A stretch of 64,000 nucleotides of DNA from positions 21,872-85,871 of the forward strand of contig JAFSMU010000030.1 in assembly GCA_017447775.1 (NCBI GenBank), written 5' to 3'. Shown here piece after piece: positions 16,128-25,241 of the stretch. Position 1 is the stretch's first letter, and every line of letters starts with the position of its first letter. This DNA comes from Clostridia bacterium. Lineage in GTDB: Bacteria > Bacillota > Clostridia > Oscillospirales > CAG-272. The position numbers and the translations under genes were made by a program. Below the pieces are notes generated by a model. That model saw only the letters and a program-made list of their open reading frames with translations. It was not told where the DNA came from and searched no databases.

Positions 16128-17804
16128 TCAGCCTCTCAATCTTTCAATCTGTTTTTCAATACGCTCTTTTACTTTGTCCTCTCCAAGCACCTGCATAACG
16201 CTGAACATATCCGGAGAGTTCTGCTTGCCTGTCACGGCTACGCGAATAAACGAGCTGATATCTCCGACGTGACCGCGGTAAGCGTCGGGATTTGTTTTGT
16301 ATTCCTTCGTTTCGCGGGCAAATCCGAGTTCTTCGGCGACGTCCTTGATTTTATCAAACCACACTGTTTGCTCATCTTTGGGATCGTAGACTTTAAGATA
16401 CTTCCTAAGCGCCGATCTTATCGTATCCGCGTCGAAATTCTCGGGGTAAATGCCATTTACGTCGTAATATTTGTCATAGAAGAAGCCCATATACCCCTTG
16501 ACTTCGCTCCAAAGCGCAAAATCTTTGCGCGGTTTGTTGCCGCCGCGACCTATCGACAGTGCGGCCTTTGTGTATTCGGGATCACGGGTAAATTCTGCGT
16601 AAAACTCAGCGTCAAATTCCTTTGCCCAAGCGGCGACCTCGTCATATACCTTGTCGGCGCTCATACGGGAAATTATATTCTTCGATACGTCGGAAAGCTT
16701 GGCTATATCGAACAGTGATCCCGCGGCGTTCATTTTCTTTGCCGAAAACTTAAAGTCGTCAAGCGGCGCCGTCGGATTTGCGCGCCGCCAGTCCTCGAAG
16801 TTTGAGTTCAGTATCGTCAAAATGTACTCAACGACGCTCTCCGTGGGATAGCCCTCGGATTTGTAATACGACAGTGCAAGTTCGGGATCCTTGCGCTTTG
16901 AAAGCTTGCGCTTTGACGTGCCGTCCATCTTCATCAGCGTGCCGATGTGAACGTATTTCGGAAGCTTGTGTCCGAGCGCTTGGAAAAGCTGGATGTGGAA
17001 CGGAAGGCTCGCCAGCCATTCGTCGCCGCGAACGACGTGCGTCGTTCTCATCAAATGATCGTCGACCGCGTGCGCGAAATGATATGTCGGTATGCCGTCG
17101 CTTTTGAGAAGAACGTGGTCGATGTCGTTTTCCGTTATGTCTACCTCGCCTTTGATAAGGTCGTTGTATTTGAATTTATGTTCAATACTGCCTGTCGAGC
17201 GGAAGCGAAGCACCCATTTATTGCCCTTGGCAATCTCCGCCTCGATATCTTCTATCGGTCTGTCGCGCCATTTCGCCCACTTGCCGTAATAGCCGAAGTT
17301 AGCCTTTTCCGCTTCCTGCTCGGCGTGGAACTGTTCAAGCTCCTCTTCGGTGCAGAAGCACGGGTACGCCTTGCCCTCACGGACGAGCTTTTTCGCGTAA
17401 ACGTGGTAAATAAACGCGCGCTGGCTTTGCTTATACGGGCCGTATGCGCCCTTGTCGCAAATGTTGCCGTTTTCGTCAAGAGCCGCGCCCTCGTCGAAAA
17501 TAATGCCGTAGTGAGAGAGCATTTCGATAAGCATTTCCGACGCTCCGGCGACCTCGCGCTTAGCGTCCGTATCCTCGACGCGCAGATAAAGCACGCCGCC
17601 GCTCTGGTGAGCCAGACGCTCGGAGGTAAGCCCCTGCATTATATTTCCGAGATGAACAAATCCCGTAGGACTCGGCGCAAGGCGCGAAACGATAGCGCCT
17701 TCGGGGAGATTTCTCGGAGGATAGAGCTTTTCCATATCGTCGACTGTCTGCGTGACATTCGGGAAAAGAAGCTCGGCAAGTTTTTCGTAATCAATTGTGT
17801 TCAT
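16128..17804 (-). CDS. gltX: Glutamate--tRNA ligase (long clostridial form)
   Basis: RLAPSPTGFVHLGNIMQGL (HIGH region), LRVEDTDAKRE, and KLSKRK (KMSKS). 558 aa. Confidence 0.85.
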   Translation of the reverse strand: MNTIDYEKLAELLFPNVTQTVDDMEKLYPPRNLPEGAIVSRLAPSPTGFVHLGNIMQGLTSERLAHQSGGVLYLRVEDTDAKREVAGASEMLIEMLSHYGIIFDEGAALDENGNICDKGAYGPYKQSQRAFIYHVYAKKLVREGKAYPCFCTEEELEQFHAEQEAEKANFGYYGKWAKWRDRPIEDIEAEIAKGNKWVLRFRSTGSIEHKFKYNDLIKGEVDITENDIDHVLLKSDGIPTYHFAHAVDDHLMRTTHVVRGDEWLASLPFHIQLFQALGHKLPKYVHIGTLMKMDGTSKRKLSKRKDPELALSYYKSEGYPTESVVEYILTILNSNFEDWRRANPTAPLDDFKFSAKKMNAAGSLFDIAKLSDVSKNIISRMSADKVYDEVAAWAKEFDAEFYAEFTRDPEYTKAALSIGRGGNKPRKDFALWSEVKGYMGFFYDKYYDVNGIYPENFDADTIRSALRKYLKVYDPKDEQTVWFDKIKDVAEELGFARETKEYKTNPDAYRGHVGDISSFIRVAVTGKQNSPDMFSVMQVLGEDKVKERIEKQIERLRG

Positions 17805-17831
17805 TTTTTATATTGTCCTTTCGGTTATTTT

Positions 17832-18395
17832 CTAATGTCCCGGGTAGATCGTTTTACCCTTTATTTTTTCTTTAAGCTGATCGAGTGATCGCATAAGATC
17901 GCCGAAGTTGCCTCCGGGTAAATCTGTGCGTCCATACCCGCCGTGAAACAGCGTGTCGCCGGTAAAAACCGCGTCGCCGCAAAAATAACATACAGATCCC
18001 GCGGTATGCCCCGGCGTATGAACGACTTTGAAGTCAAGCGAGCCGATATTTATCACGTCGCCGTTTGAAACTGTCTTGAATTCTGAATTTTGCACCGTGT
18101 CCTTGCCGAAAAATATGCGCGACGCATTGAGATATCCGTCGCTCAGCATCACAGCATCAAATGCGTGGATATATACGTCGGCACCGGTAAGACGTACAAG
18201 CTCGTCGACGGCGCCGATGTGGTCAAAATGTCCGTGAGTCAGCAGTATCGCCTTGATATCAAGTCCGGCATTTTTCGCCGCGTCGTATATTTTATCGCCG
18301 CAAGAGGCGGGATCGATGACGGCGGCCGTTTTTTCATCGCCGACGATATAGCAGTTTGTGCCGATCGGCGGAAGTGTTAAAGTGATTATGTCCAT
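17832..18395 (-). CDS. MBL-fold metallo-hydrolase (hydroxyacylglutathione hydrolase-like)
   Basis: LLTHGHFDHIGA (HxHxDH), HTPGHTAGS and TGDTLF. It is the first gene of the MBL-gltX-metG-mpg co-directional string. Confidence 0.85.
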   Translation of the reverse strand: MDIITLTLPPIGTNCYIVGDEKTAAVIDPASCGDKIYDAAKNAGLDIKAILLTHGHFDHIGAVDELVRLTGADVYIHAFDAVMLSDGYLNASRIFFGKDTVQNSEFKTVSNGDVINIGSLDFKVVHTPGHTAGSVCYFCGDAVFTGDTLFHGGYGRTDLPGGNFGDLMRSLDQLKEKIKGKTIYPGH

Positions 18396-18499
18396 AAATT
18401 CACCAAAGAAAATAAATACGCAATATGTATTTTATCACAATATTTAATTTATGTCTATATTTTATTTGCAAAAACATTGCAAAAATTCAAAAAAATTAT

Positions 18500-18528
18500 T
18501 GATAACGGCTGATTTTGGTGATATACTA
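18500..18528 (+). promoter_or_regulatory. Sigma-A-type promoter for the tagA-like gene
   Basis: TTGATA (18500-18505), a 17-nt spacer, then TATACT (18523-18528), with TG upstream of the -10. Confidence 0.5.
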
Positions 18529-18550
18529 TATTTGAATTATAATCGCGGAG

Positions 18551-19300
18551 GTGCGCGTGGAAAAGATAAATATTCGCGGACTGACGTTTGACAACGTGAC
18601 GCGCAAAGAAGCTGCCGAACTTGCACAAAATCTGATGGATAGCCCGGGGGCATCAACTGTATTTACGCCGAATGCCGAAATAGCATATAACGCAAGCCGC
18701 GACGACGAGTTTATGAAGGTGCTTTGCCTTGCCGATATTTTGCTCCCCGACGGCGCGGGAATAATAAAAGCGTCGCGTATTCTCGGAACGCCGCTCAAAG
18801 AAAAAGTGGCGGGCGTCGATTTCGGGCTTGACGTTGTAAAAATGTGTGCCGAGCGGGGTTTTTCCCTGTTTTTGCTCGGCGGAAAGCCCGGCGTTGCGGA
18901 TGCCGCGGCAAAAAAGCTATGCGAGATTTACCCGGATCTTAAGATCGCGGGAGCCCGTGACGGATATTTTGAAAAAAAAGGCGAGGAAAGCGACAGAATA
19001 GTCGAGATTATAAACTCATCGTCAGCAGACGTATTGTTTGTGTGCCTCGGCTCGCCGTCGCAGGAAAAATGGGCGGCGGAAAGCAAGGACAAACTGAACA
19101 CCGTAAGACTTTTATGCTGTCTTGGCGGAAGCATCGACGTTTACGCCGGAAATGCAAAACGTGCGCCGAAGGTGTTTATCAAAACAAGCACGGAGTGGCT
19201 TTACAGGCTTATTAAAGATCCGCGCCGTCTCGGCAGAATGATGGCTCTGCCAAAATATATCAGAGATACGAAAAAATATAAAAAATCAATGGGTAAATAA
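18551..19300 (+). CDS. WecB/TagA/CpsF-family glycosyltransferase (N-acetylmannosaminyltransferase-like)
   Basis: VFTPNAEIAYNASRD...LLPDGAGIIKASRILG...FLLGGKPGVADAAAKKL fits the family pattern. The start is a GTG at 18551 or, more likely given GGAGG at 18547-18551, the GTG at 18557. Confidence 0.85.
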   Translation: MRVEKINIRGLTFDNVTRKEAAELAQNLMDSPGASTVFTPNAEIAYNASRDDEFMKVLCLADILLPDGAGIIKASRILGTPLKEKVAGVDFGLDVVKMCAERGFSLFLLGGKPGVADAAAKKLCEIYPDLKIAGARDGYFEKKGEESDRIVEIINSSSADVLFVCLGSPSQEKWAAESKDKLNTVRLLCCLGGSIDVYAGNAKRAPKVFIKTSTEWLYRLIKDPRRLGRMMALPKYIRDTKKYKKSMGK

Positions 19301-19361
19301 AATTTACCATACGCTTATGTCAAATTAAATGTAAATAAAATTTACTTTTGCGGAGGAAAAA

Positions 19362-20480
19362 ATGAAATACACTGCAAAACAGTACGTCGATTTAATGTCT
19401 TACGCAGGCGGTGTGCGTCCGATGTTCTCGGAGCTTTTCGGGCCGATCGTTGGGCTTGATCGCGAGTGGCGAGAGCAAGGCGCGACGGATGAAATGATAG
19501 AAATGCGCGGATTTGCTTTTGATTACGTGCCGTATTATCAGCTCGGCGAGCTTGATTCCATTCATCGTCCGAAAGACGTTGTTATCGAAGACAACGACGA
19601 GTACTACATATTTATCGACCATTACGGCAGAAAAATGAAAATGGTTAAGGCAACGGCGACAATTCCCCTTCCGCAGTCATACCCCGTCGAAACGATGGAC
19701 GACTGGCTGAAAATCAAGCACATGTTTGAATATTCCGACGAGCGGATCACCGACGAAATGCTTGAAAAGGCCATCGCTTTGCAGAAAAACGGCACGCTCA
19801 TAAAATCGGAAATTCTCGGAGGCTTCGATATTTTGCGCGAGCTTATGGGTGAGGAAAACTGCTGTGTCGCCTTCTACGACGACGAGGAACTTGTGCGCGA
19901 CATACTCGATACGATATCAAAAACAAACGTAAAAGTGCTTGAAAAGATCACAAAATACATAACGATAGACCAGCTTTCCATTCACGAGGATATGGCAGGA
20001 AAAACGGCTCCGCTTATCGGGCCGAATATAGTAAATGAATATTTACGTCCGTATTACCGCGCGTCGTGGGATATAGTAAAAGACAGCGGGACAAAGCTGT
20101 TTTGCCAGGACAGCGACGGCAATATGAATCAGGTCATCGACGCGTTTATTGATTGCGGGGTAAATATTTTTTACCCCTGCGAACCCGCCGGAGATATGGA
20201 CATCGTTCGCCTTCGCGAAAAATACGGCCATAAAATAGCATTCCGCGGAGGGATAGACAAACACGTCCTTCGCCGGACAAAAGAGGAGATAAAGGCGGAG
20301 CTTGATTATAAAATGCAGCCGAAAATGATGGAGGGCGGTATCGTGTTCGGACTTGACCACCGAATCCCGAATGCCACTCCGCTTGAAAATTACATATATT
20401 ACGTAAATTATGCGCGCGAAAAACTCGGCCTTGACCCGTACGAAAAAGCGGAAAAGGGCTGGGGACGCATGGCTTTCTGA
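19362..20480 (+). CDS. Uroporphyrinogen decarboxylase (URO-D) family protein, methyltransferase-like
   Basis: 372 aa. It has the URO-D/MtaA-like C-terminal pattern (FRGGIDKHVL...GGIVFGLDHRIPNATPLENYIYYVNYAREKLG). GGAGGA lies upstream. The assignment is from overall resemblance only. Confidence 0.55.
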   Translation: MKYTAKQYVDLMSYAGGVRPMFSELFGPIVGLDREWREQGATDEMIEMRGFAFDYVPYYQLGELDSIHRPKDVVIEDNDEYYIFIDHYGRKMKMVKATATIPLPQSYPVETMDDWLKIKHMFEYSDERITDEMLEKAIALQKNGTLIKSEILGGFDILRELMGEENCCVAFYDDEELVRDILDTISKTNVKVLEKITKYITIDQLSIHEDMAGKTAPLIGPNIVNEYLRPYYRASWDIVKDSGTKLFCQDSDGNMNQVIDAFIDCGVNIFYPCEPAGDMDIVRLREKYGHKIAFRGGIDKHVLRRTKEEIKAELDYKMQPKMMEGGIVFGLDHRIPNATPLENYIYYVNYAREKLGLDPYEKAEKGWGRMAF

Positions 20481-20481
20481 T

Positions 20482-21015
20482 ATGTATATCTGGACGGCGG
20501 CAGACGCCGGATGCGCATTAGGCGACGTGCGCGCCAAGTCGGAAAAGCTTGCGGCTGAATTCGGCTTTGACAAGACGGCTTTTTCCCTGCCGCAGCATAT
20601 TTCCCTGAAAATCTCTTTTTTCATAGACGATGAGAGAGCGAGCGAGGTTATCGACGTATTATCGGATTATTTTTCATTGCTCCGCCGTTTTGAAGTTGAA
20701 ACGGACAAAATCGAAGTGTCGGGCGGAATCGTATGGCTGAAAATCAAAAAAACAGACGCGCTTTTATCCTTACACTCATCGCTTGACAAGATGATGAGCG
20801 AAAAATACGGCATAACTCCGCACAAGTTTGACAACGACTTTATTTTTCACTCAACACTCTATTTCGGGACGGAAAACGAGGCGTCGTCAATGTTTGAAAT
20901 ACTGAAAGATCAACCGTTTCAAAAAAGCTTCACCTCAGACGGTATTTTTATCGGCACGTCCGAAAGCGGCCTCCCCGGAACATATAAAGTTGTTCGCCAT
21001 ATAGGCCTTAATTGA
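20482..21015 (+). CDS. 2H phosphoesterase superfamily protein (LigT / 2'-5' RNA ligase-like)
   Basis: Trimmed to the ATG at 20482. Two HxS/T motifs are spaced as in 2H enzymes: PQHISLK and IFHSTLY. Confidence 0.65.
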   Translation: MYIWTAADAGCALGDVRAKSEKLAAEFGFDKTAFSLPQHISLKISFFIDDERASEVIDVLSDYFSLLRRFEVETDKIEVSGGIVWLKIKKTDALLSLHSSLDKMMSEKYGITPHKFDNDFIFHSTLYFGTENEASSMFEILKDQPFQKSFTSDGIFIGTSESGLPGTYKVVRHIGLN

Positions 21016-21097
21016 CCGATAATATCGAAAAGTATTTACAAAATGAAAAAAATATGTATAATAAATAGTGATTTTATGTAAAAAGGACGGTGTGAAA

Positions 21098-22165
21098 ATG
21101 AAACGCAAGGTACTTGTCATCGGCGACAGTTATATGAATCTGCAAATGAACGTTCCGGGAGCAGCCACAACGCATGAAACGGTTTACGGCGGCGCTTACA
21201 GTTATCACCCGAGCGGATCGTCGGCGATATCTGCGATAACCGCGGCAAAAAGCGGCGCTGACTGCACATTCTGCACGCGTCTCGGCGAGGATGCAAACGG
21301 AGAGCGACTTTTCAATTATTATAAAGCTTGCGGGCTTGATATGACCTTCATCAAGGGCGTAAAAGACGCGCAGACAGGTATGAAATTCACGGCTTATGAC
21401 GAACTTTCGACGATAACGTACGCCGTCAAAGGCGCAAATGGCACAATGTCAAAAGCCGACATTGACGACGCTTTTTCTTGCTTCCCCGACCTTATGCTTA
21501 TTCCGCACGACTACATAGCCGTGTCAAGCGAAAGCCAGCTTGTTTCAAATTCAGAAGGCGAAAGCGAGATCGACAGAAATATAGGGGATACACATTCGTT
21601 CACGCGTGTAACTCAGCCGCAAACATCGCGCCCGGAAAGCCTTGCGCTTTACGCCATAAACAAAGCGATGGAGCGCGGAGTTGAGATGGCGGTCGAATAC
21701 ACGGAAACGACGTCGCTTTTGCCGCTTGACAGAGTAAGCGGGATAAAGATAATCGTTATTTCCGAGGAAATGCTGAAAAAAGTTACCGGGACGGCGCCGA
21801 TTTCAATTGAAAAAACGCTCAGCGCGCTTCTTTCTTTCTCATCGAAAATTCACGCAAAATATTACGTCGTTCAAAAAGGAAACGATACCTCCTTCATTTA
21901 CGACGGCATTCATTTTGAAATCCCGCAGGCGCCCGCCGTTATCAAATCGCTTTCTCACCAGGTCGGCACGGGTATGAATTCAACGTATACGGGAGCTATG
22001 ATCGCCGAATATCTTTCGTCAAAGGATATTCTCCGTTCTTGCAAATACGCGCAGGTCGTAAGCCTTTTGACGCGTGAGCCGCTCGGCATTTTCAACCACG
22101 TTCCGAGCCGCGCACAAGTCGATCAGTTCCTCGGCGAGTGCGGACTTTCCCTTGATACGATATGA
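21098..22165 (+). CDS. PfkB/ribokinase-like fold protein with degenerate catalytic motifs
   Basis: MKRKVLVIGDSYMNL...FCTRLGEDANGERLFNYYKACGLD has a ribokinase-like N-terminus. The C-terminal GAGD-type motif reads VGTGMNSTYTGAMIA, and a 40-50-aa acidic/Ser-rich insertion is present. Confidence 0.55.
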   Translation: MKRKVLVIGDSYMNLQMNVPGAATTHETVYGGAYSYHPSGSSAISAITAAKSGADCTFCTRLGEDANGERLFNYYKACGLDMTFIKGVKDAQTGMKFTAYDELSTITYAVKGANGTMSKADIDDAFSCFPDLMLIPHDYIAVSSESQLVSNSEGESEIDRNIGDTHSFTRVTQPQTSRPESLALYAINKAMERGVEMAVEYTETTSLLPLDRVSGIKIIVISEEMLKKVTGTAPISIEKTLSALLSFSSKIHAKYYVVQKGNDTSFIYDGIHFEIPQAPAVIKSLSHQVGTGMNSTYTGAMIAEYLSSKDILRSCKYAQVVSLLTREPLGIFNHVPSRAQVDQFLGECGLSLDTI

Positions 22166-22602
22166 CGGATAAACCGAAAAGACTTCTCGGCGTCGACCTC
22201 GGCGCCGCGCGGACCGGGCTTGCAAGGTCCGACGATCTCGGGATGTATTCCGTCGGGCTTGGGAATATAAAAAGCTACGATCTCGACAAGGCGGCGCTCA
22301 AAGTCGCCGAAAAGGCGGAAGAGATCAACGCCGACATAATAATTATAGGAAAACCGGTAAATATGAACGGAACGCTCGGCGAAAAAGCGCACCTTTGCGA
22401 GCAGTTCGGGCAAAAAGTTTCGCAGTTTACAAAAATACCGATAGATTTCTTTGACGAGCGCCTGACGACAGTTGAGGCGCACCGGATACTCGGCGAATCC
22501 GGCATACGCGCAAAAAACAGGAAAAACATCGTCGATTCCCTTTCTGCCGAGATAATTCTGCAAGGGTATATGGATATGTTAAAAAATAAAAATTCAAAAT
22601 AA
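22162..22602 (+). CDS. ruvX: Holliday junction resolvase-like protein RuvX (YqgF)
   Basis: [18 protein letters not shown]...[17 protein letters not shown]...DERLTTVEA. Confidence 0.9.
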   Translation: MTDKPKRLLGVDLGAARTGLARSDDLGMYSVGLGNIKSYDLDKAALKVAEKAEEINADIIIIGKPVNMNGTLGEKAHLCEQFGQKVSQFTKIPIDFFDERLTTVEAHRILGESGIRAKNRKNIVDSLSAEIILQGYMDMLKNKNSK

Positions 22603-22612
22603 AGAGGACATT

Positions 22613-24010
22613 ATGGAAAACACGGCAAAAACAATGGAAAAAATAGTCGCGCTTTGCAAAAACCGCGGCTTCGTATTCGCAGGCTCCGAAATATACGGCG
22701 GCCTTGCAAACACGTGGGACTACGGTCCGCTCGGCGTCGAGGTGAAAAACAACATCAAACGCGCTTGGTGGAAAAAGTTTGTTCAGGAAAACAAGTACAA
22801 CGTCGGACTTGATTCGGCTATTCTTATGAACCCGCAGACGTGGGTAGCGTCGGGACATCTCGGCGGCTTCTCCGATCCTCTTATGGACTGCCGAGAGTGC
22901 AAAGAGCGCTTCCGCGCTGATAAAATAATCGAGGATTACTGCGCCGAAAAAGGCATCACGCTCGATAAACCCGTCGACGCAATGTCGCAAGCCGAGATGA
23001 AGTCGTTCATCGACGATAACAACGTCCCCTGCCCCTCGTGCGGCAAGCACAACTTCACTGATATTCGCCAGTTCAACCTCATGTTCAAGACGTTCCAGGG
23101 CGTTACGGAAGACGCGAAAAACACAGTTTATCTCCGTCCCGAAACGGCGCAAGGCATATTCGTAAACTTTGTAAACGTTCAGCGCACAACGCGCAAAAAG
23201 CTCCCGTTCGGTATCGGTCAGATAGGCAAATCGTTCAGAAACGAGATCACGCCGGGCAACTTCATTTTCCGCGTGCGCGAGTTCGAGCAGATGGAGCTTG
23301 AATTTTTCTGCGAGCCTGACACAGACCTTGAATGGTTCGGATACTGGCGCGGTTTCTGCCGCGATTGGCTCCTTTCCCTCGGCATTAAGGAAGAACACCT
23401 GCGCCTGCGCGACCACGATCCCAAAGAGCTTGCGTTCTATTCAAAAGCGACGACCGACTTCGAATTTCTGTTCCCGTTCGGCTGGGGCGAGCTTTGGGGC
23501 ATTGCGGACAGAACGAATTACGACCTCAACCAGCACCAGACGGTTTCCGGCAAAGACCTTACGTACTTCGACCAGGAAAAGAACGAAAGATACATTCCTT
23601 ACGTTATCGAGCCGTCACTCGGCGTTGAGCGCTCATTCCTTGCGTTCCTCGTTGACGCATACGATGAAGAAGACCTCGGCGACGGCGATATGAGAACTGT
23701 TCTTCGCTTCCACCCGGCTCTTGCTCCGTTCAAGGCGGCTGTCCTTCCTCTTTCAAAGAAGCTCAGCGAAAAAGCGGTTGAAATACACGACGAGCTTTCA
23801 AAATACTTCCCTACAGACTTCGATGAAACAGGCTCTATCGGCAAACGTTATCGCCGTGAGGATGAGATCGGCACGCCGTTCTGCATCACATACGACTTCG
23901 ATTCCGAAAACGACGGCTGCGTAACGGTACGCGACAGAGATACAATGCAGCAGGAAAGAATAAAGATAGCCGATCTTTGTTCTTACATCGAAAAGAAAAT
24001 GGAATTCTGA
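22613..24010 (+). CDS. glyQS: Glycine--tRNA ligase (homodimeric class II, GlyQS)
   Basis: [46 protein letters not shown]...; 465 aa. Confidence 0.93.
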   Translation: MENTAKTMEKIVALCKNRGFVFAGSEIYGGLANTWDYGPLGVEVKNNIKRAWWKKFVQENKYNVGLDSAILMNPQTWVASGHLGGFSDPLMDCRECKERFRADKIIEDYCAEKGITLDKPVDAMSQAEMKSFIDDNNVPCPSCGKHNFTDIRQFNLMFKTFQGVTEDAKNTVYLRPETAQGIFVNFVNVQRTTRKKLPFGIGQIGKSFRNEITPGNFIFRVREFEQMELEFFCEPDTDLEWFGYWRGFCRDWLLSLGIKEEHLRLRDHDPKELAFYSKATTDFEFLFPFGWGELWGIADRTNYDLNQHQTVSGKDLTYFDQEKNERYIPYVIEPSLGVERSFLAFLVDAYDEEDLGDGDMRTVLRFHPALAPFKAAVLPLSKKLSEKAVEIHDELSKYFPTDFDETGSIGKRYRREDEIGTPFCITYDFDSENDGCVTVRDRDTMQQERIKIADLCSYIEKKMEF

Positions 24011-24011
24011 T

Positions 24012-24045
24012 AAAAAAGCCCCGCCCAAGCGGCGGGGTTTATTTT
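24012..24045 (+). terminator. Rho-independent terminator of glyQS
   Basis: aaaaaagccccgcccaagcggcggggtttatttt. Confidence 0.8.
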
Positions 24046-24050
24046 GCTAT

Positions 24051-24101
24051 AATAAAACAAAAAAGCGCTCTTTCGAGCGCCTTGGCTGCGGAATAGGGAT
24101 T
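24051..24101 (-). repeat. Direct-repeat copy 1: tRNA-Gln 3' fragment (19 nt, 24083-24101) plus its downstream terminator
   Basis: It is 51/51 nt identical to 24222-24272. It contains the rc of AATCCCTATTCCGCAGCCA (part of the T-loop, the T-stem 3' strand, the acceptor 3' strand and CCA) plus the hairpin gcgctctttcgagcgc with a T-run. Confidence 0.85.
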
Positions 24102-24221
24102 TTCCGTCGCTATTGCTCCTATCGCGCGCTTCGCGCTTGCCCACGTCGGCGAAAACAGTCATTAAGACTGTTTTCTTCCGAGCTGTTGACACAGCTCTCC
24201 CTCCTGGTTCGAATCCCTTGA
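24102..24221. other. 120-nt multi-hairpin insert between the two repeat copies (candidate small structured RNA or integration scar)
   Basis: The hairpins are gcgcg-ctt-cgcgc (24124-24136), gaaaacagtc-attaa-gactgttttc (24151-24175, 10 bp) and agctgt-tgac-acagct (24181-24196). AATCCC (24212-24217) can pair with GGGATT (24096-24101) to close the whole unit. Confidence 0.35.
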
Positions 24222-24272
24222 AATAAAACAAAAAAGCGCTCTTTCGAGCGCCTTGGCTGCGGAATAGGGATT
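24222..24272 (-). repeat. Direct-repeat copy 2 (overlaps the 3' end of the intact tRNA-Gln and its terminator)
   Basis: Identical to 24051-24101. The repeat period is 171 nt. Confidence 0.85.
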
Positions 24273-24327
24273 CGAACCCCAACAAACAGAGTCAGAGTCT
24301 GTCGTGCTGCCGTTACACAATTCCGCA
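24254..24327 (-). tRNA. tRNA-Gln (anticodon CUG), CCA encoded
   Basis: The rc reads TGCGGAA TT GTG..CAC G ACAGA CTCTGAC TCTGT TTGT TGGGG TTCGAAT CCCTA TTCCGCA G CCA. It has a 7-bp acceptor with U1-A72, the anticodon loop C-U-CUG-A-C, a canonical T-arm and a G73 discriminator. Confidence 0.9.
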
Positions 24328-24345
24328 ATATTCGGAACAGAATGT

Positions 24346-24374
24346 ATTATATCAAATTTGATCGTCTTTGTCAA
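24346..24374 (-). promoter_or_regulatory. Consensus sigma-A promoter driving tRNA-Gln
   Basis: On the minus strand, TTGACA (24374-24369), a 17-nt spacer and TATAAT (24351-24346) with TGn. The tRNA starts about 19 nt downstream of the -10. Confidence 0.65.
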
Positions 24375-24484
24375 TATTTTTTTGAAAAATCATTTTTATT
24401 TTTTTATCCCCCGTTTTTATTGTAAAAATTGCACAATTTTTGTCGTTTGAATTTGTTTTTTTCATTGAAAATTTGTTTTATTTA

Positions 24485-24512
24485 TTGACAAAAATTGAAA
24501 GTATGCTATAAT
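24485..24512 (+). promoter_or_regulatory. Consensus sigma-A promoter for the sigma-factor gene
   Basis: TTGACA (24485-24490), a 16-nt spacer and TGcTATAAT (-10 at 24507-24512). Confidence 0.6.
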
Positions 24513-24554
24513 TAAAATAAATTTCTATAGGTTCTGCTTGCACTTTTTTTATTC

Positions 24555-25088
24555 ATGGACGAAAAAAAGGAATTGTCTTTCAATAATCTTTATGAGTCTT
24601 ATCTTCCGCTGATGAAGAGCGTCGCTCAAAAAACCGCGGAAATATACTCATTGCCCGATTCCGAATTCGACGATCTGCTTCAGGAAGCGGCGATAGCTTT
24701 ATATACTTCCGCGGCGGCATTCGACAAGGAACGCGGCGTTTCGTTTGGCGTTTATGCAAGGATCTGCATCAAAAATAAGCTGATTTCGTATATAAATCAG
24801 CGTTTTAAGTCGGCTCGCATACCGGATGAGGTATCGCTTGACGAAATATTGGACATTGAAAGCGACGATACAACGCCGGACAAGTTCGTTGTTGGAAAAG
24901 AATCGCTTGACATTTTGAAGAATACAATCGACGAGATGCTGACGGATTTTGAAAGCTCTGTACTATGGCTGTATATAAGCGGTATGTCGTACAATGATAT
25001 TTCAAAAGCACTGTCAAAGCCTCTGAAAACAGTTGACAATGCCCTTCACAGGATCAAGGTCAAGTTACGGAAAATATATCCCCGTTAA
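24555..25088 (+). CDS. Sigma-70 family RNA polymerase sigma factor (small, group 3/4; SigH-like region 2-3 linker)
   Basis: Region 2 is DLLQEAAIALYTSAAAFDKERGVSFGVYARICIKNKLISYI. The region 4 HTH is GMSYNDISKALSKPLKTVDNALHRIKVKL. No adjacent anti-sigma gene is present. Confidence 0.8.
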   Translation: MDEKKELSFNNLYESYLPLMKSVAQKTAEIYSLPDSEFDDLLQEAAIALYTSAAAFDKERGVSFGVYARICIKNKLISYINQRFKSARIPDEVSLDEILDIESDDTTPDKFVVGKESLDILKNTIDEMLTDFESSVLWLYISGMSYNDISKALSKPLKTVDNALHRIKVKLRKIYPR

Positions 25089-25241
25089 TTTGCCTTTATC
25101 ATTATTTGTTTCAAAGCCGGATATCCGGTTTGAAATATATGCCCGAATAGCTTAATCAAGAGCGTTGTTATCAAAGATGTCGGTTGGAGTCCGTCTTGGG
25201 GCAAATTAAAAAACACCAAAAAATCAAGCGAGGTATGAAAA

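Noticed and set aside
14134-17888. Long plus-strand ORFs inside the metG/gltX region (14134..14862 at 242 aa, 14878..15732 at 284 aa, 16947..17888 at 313 aa).
   Set aside because: They are antisense to genes with unmistakable aaRS motifs. Their translations are Arg/Phe/His-rich low-information sequences with no RBS. These are typical shadow ORFs.
22427-23416. 329-aa minus-strand ORF opposite glyQS.
   Set aside because: It is antisense to a clearly recognisable glycyl-tRNA synthetase. It has no RBS and a shadow-ORF composition.
24200-24221. GGTTCGAATCC T-loop-like motif on the plus strand, suggesting a plus-strand tRNA.
   Set aside because: The flanking 5-mers (CCTGG / CCCTT) cannot form a T-stem, and no acceptor or anticodon arm can be built on the plus strand. 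The 10-bp hairpin at 24151-24175 has a 5-nt loop and is not an anticodon arm.
23983-24374. Three overlapping minus-strand ORFs (100, 69 and 70 aa) across the tRNA-Gln region.
   Set aside because: They span a tRNA gene, terminators and repeats, and have no RBS. The region is better explained as RNA and regulatory sequence.
25141-25202. tRNA-like stretch GCCCGAA TA GCTT..GAGC ... CGG TTGGAGT CCG ... TTGGGGC upstream of the zinc-ribbon gene.
   Set aside because: The acceptor has a G-G mismatch and the T-stem is imperfect. Only about 14 nt are available where an anticodon arm plus variable loop (about 22 nt) is needed. It is too short and degenerate for a tRNA and is probably coincidental or a very old remnant.
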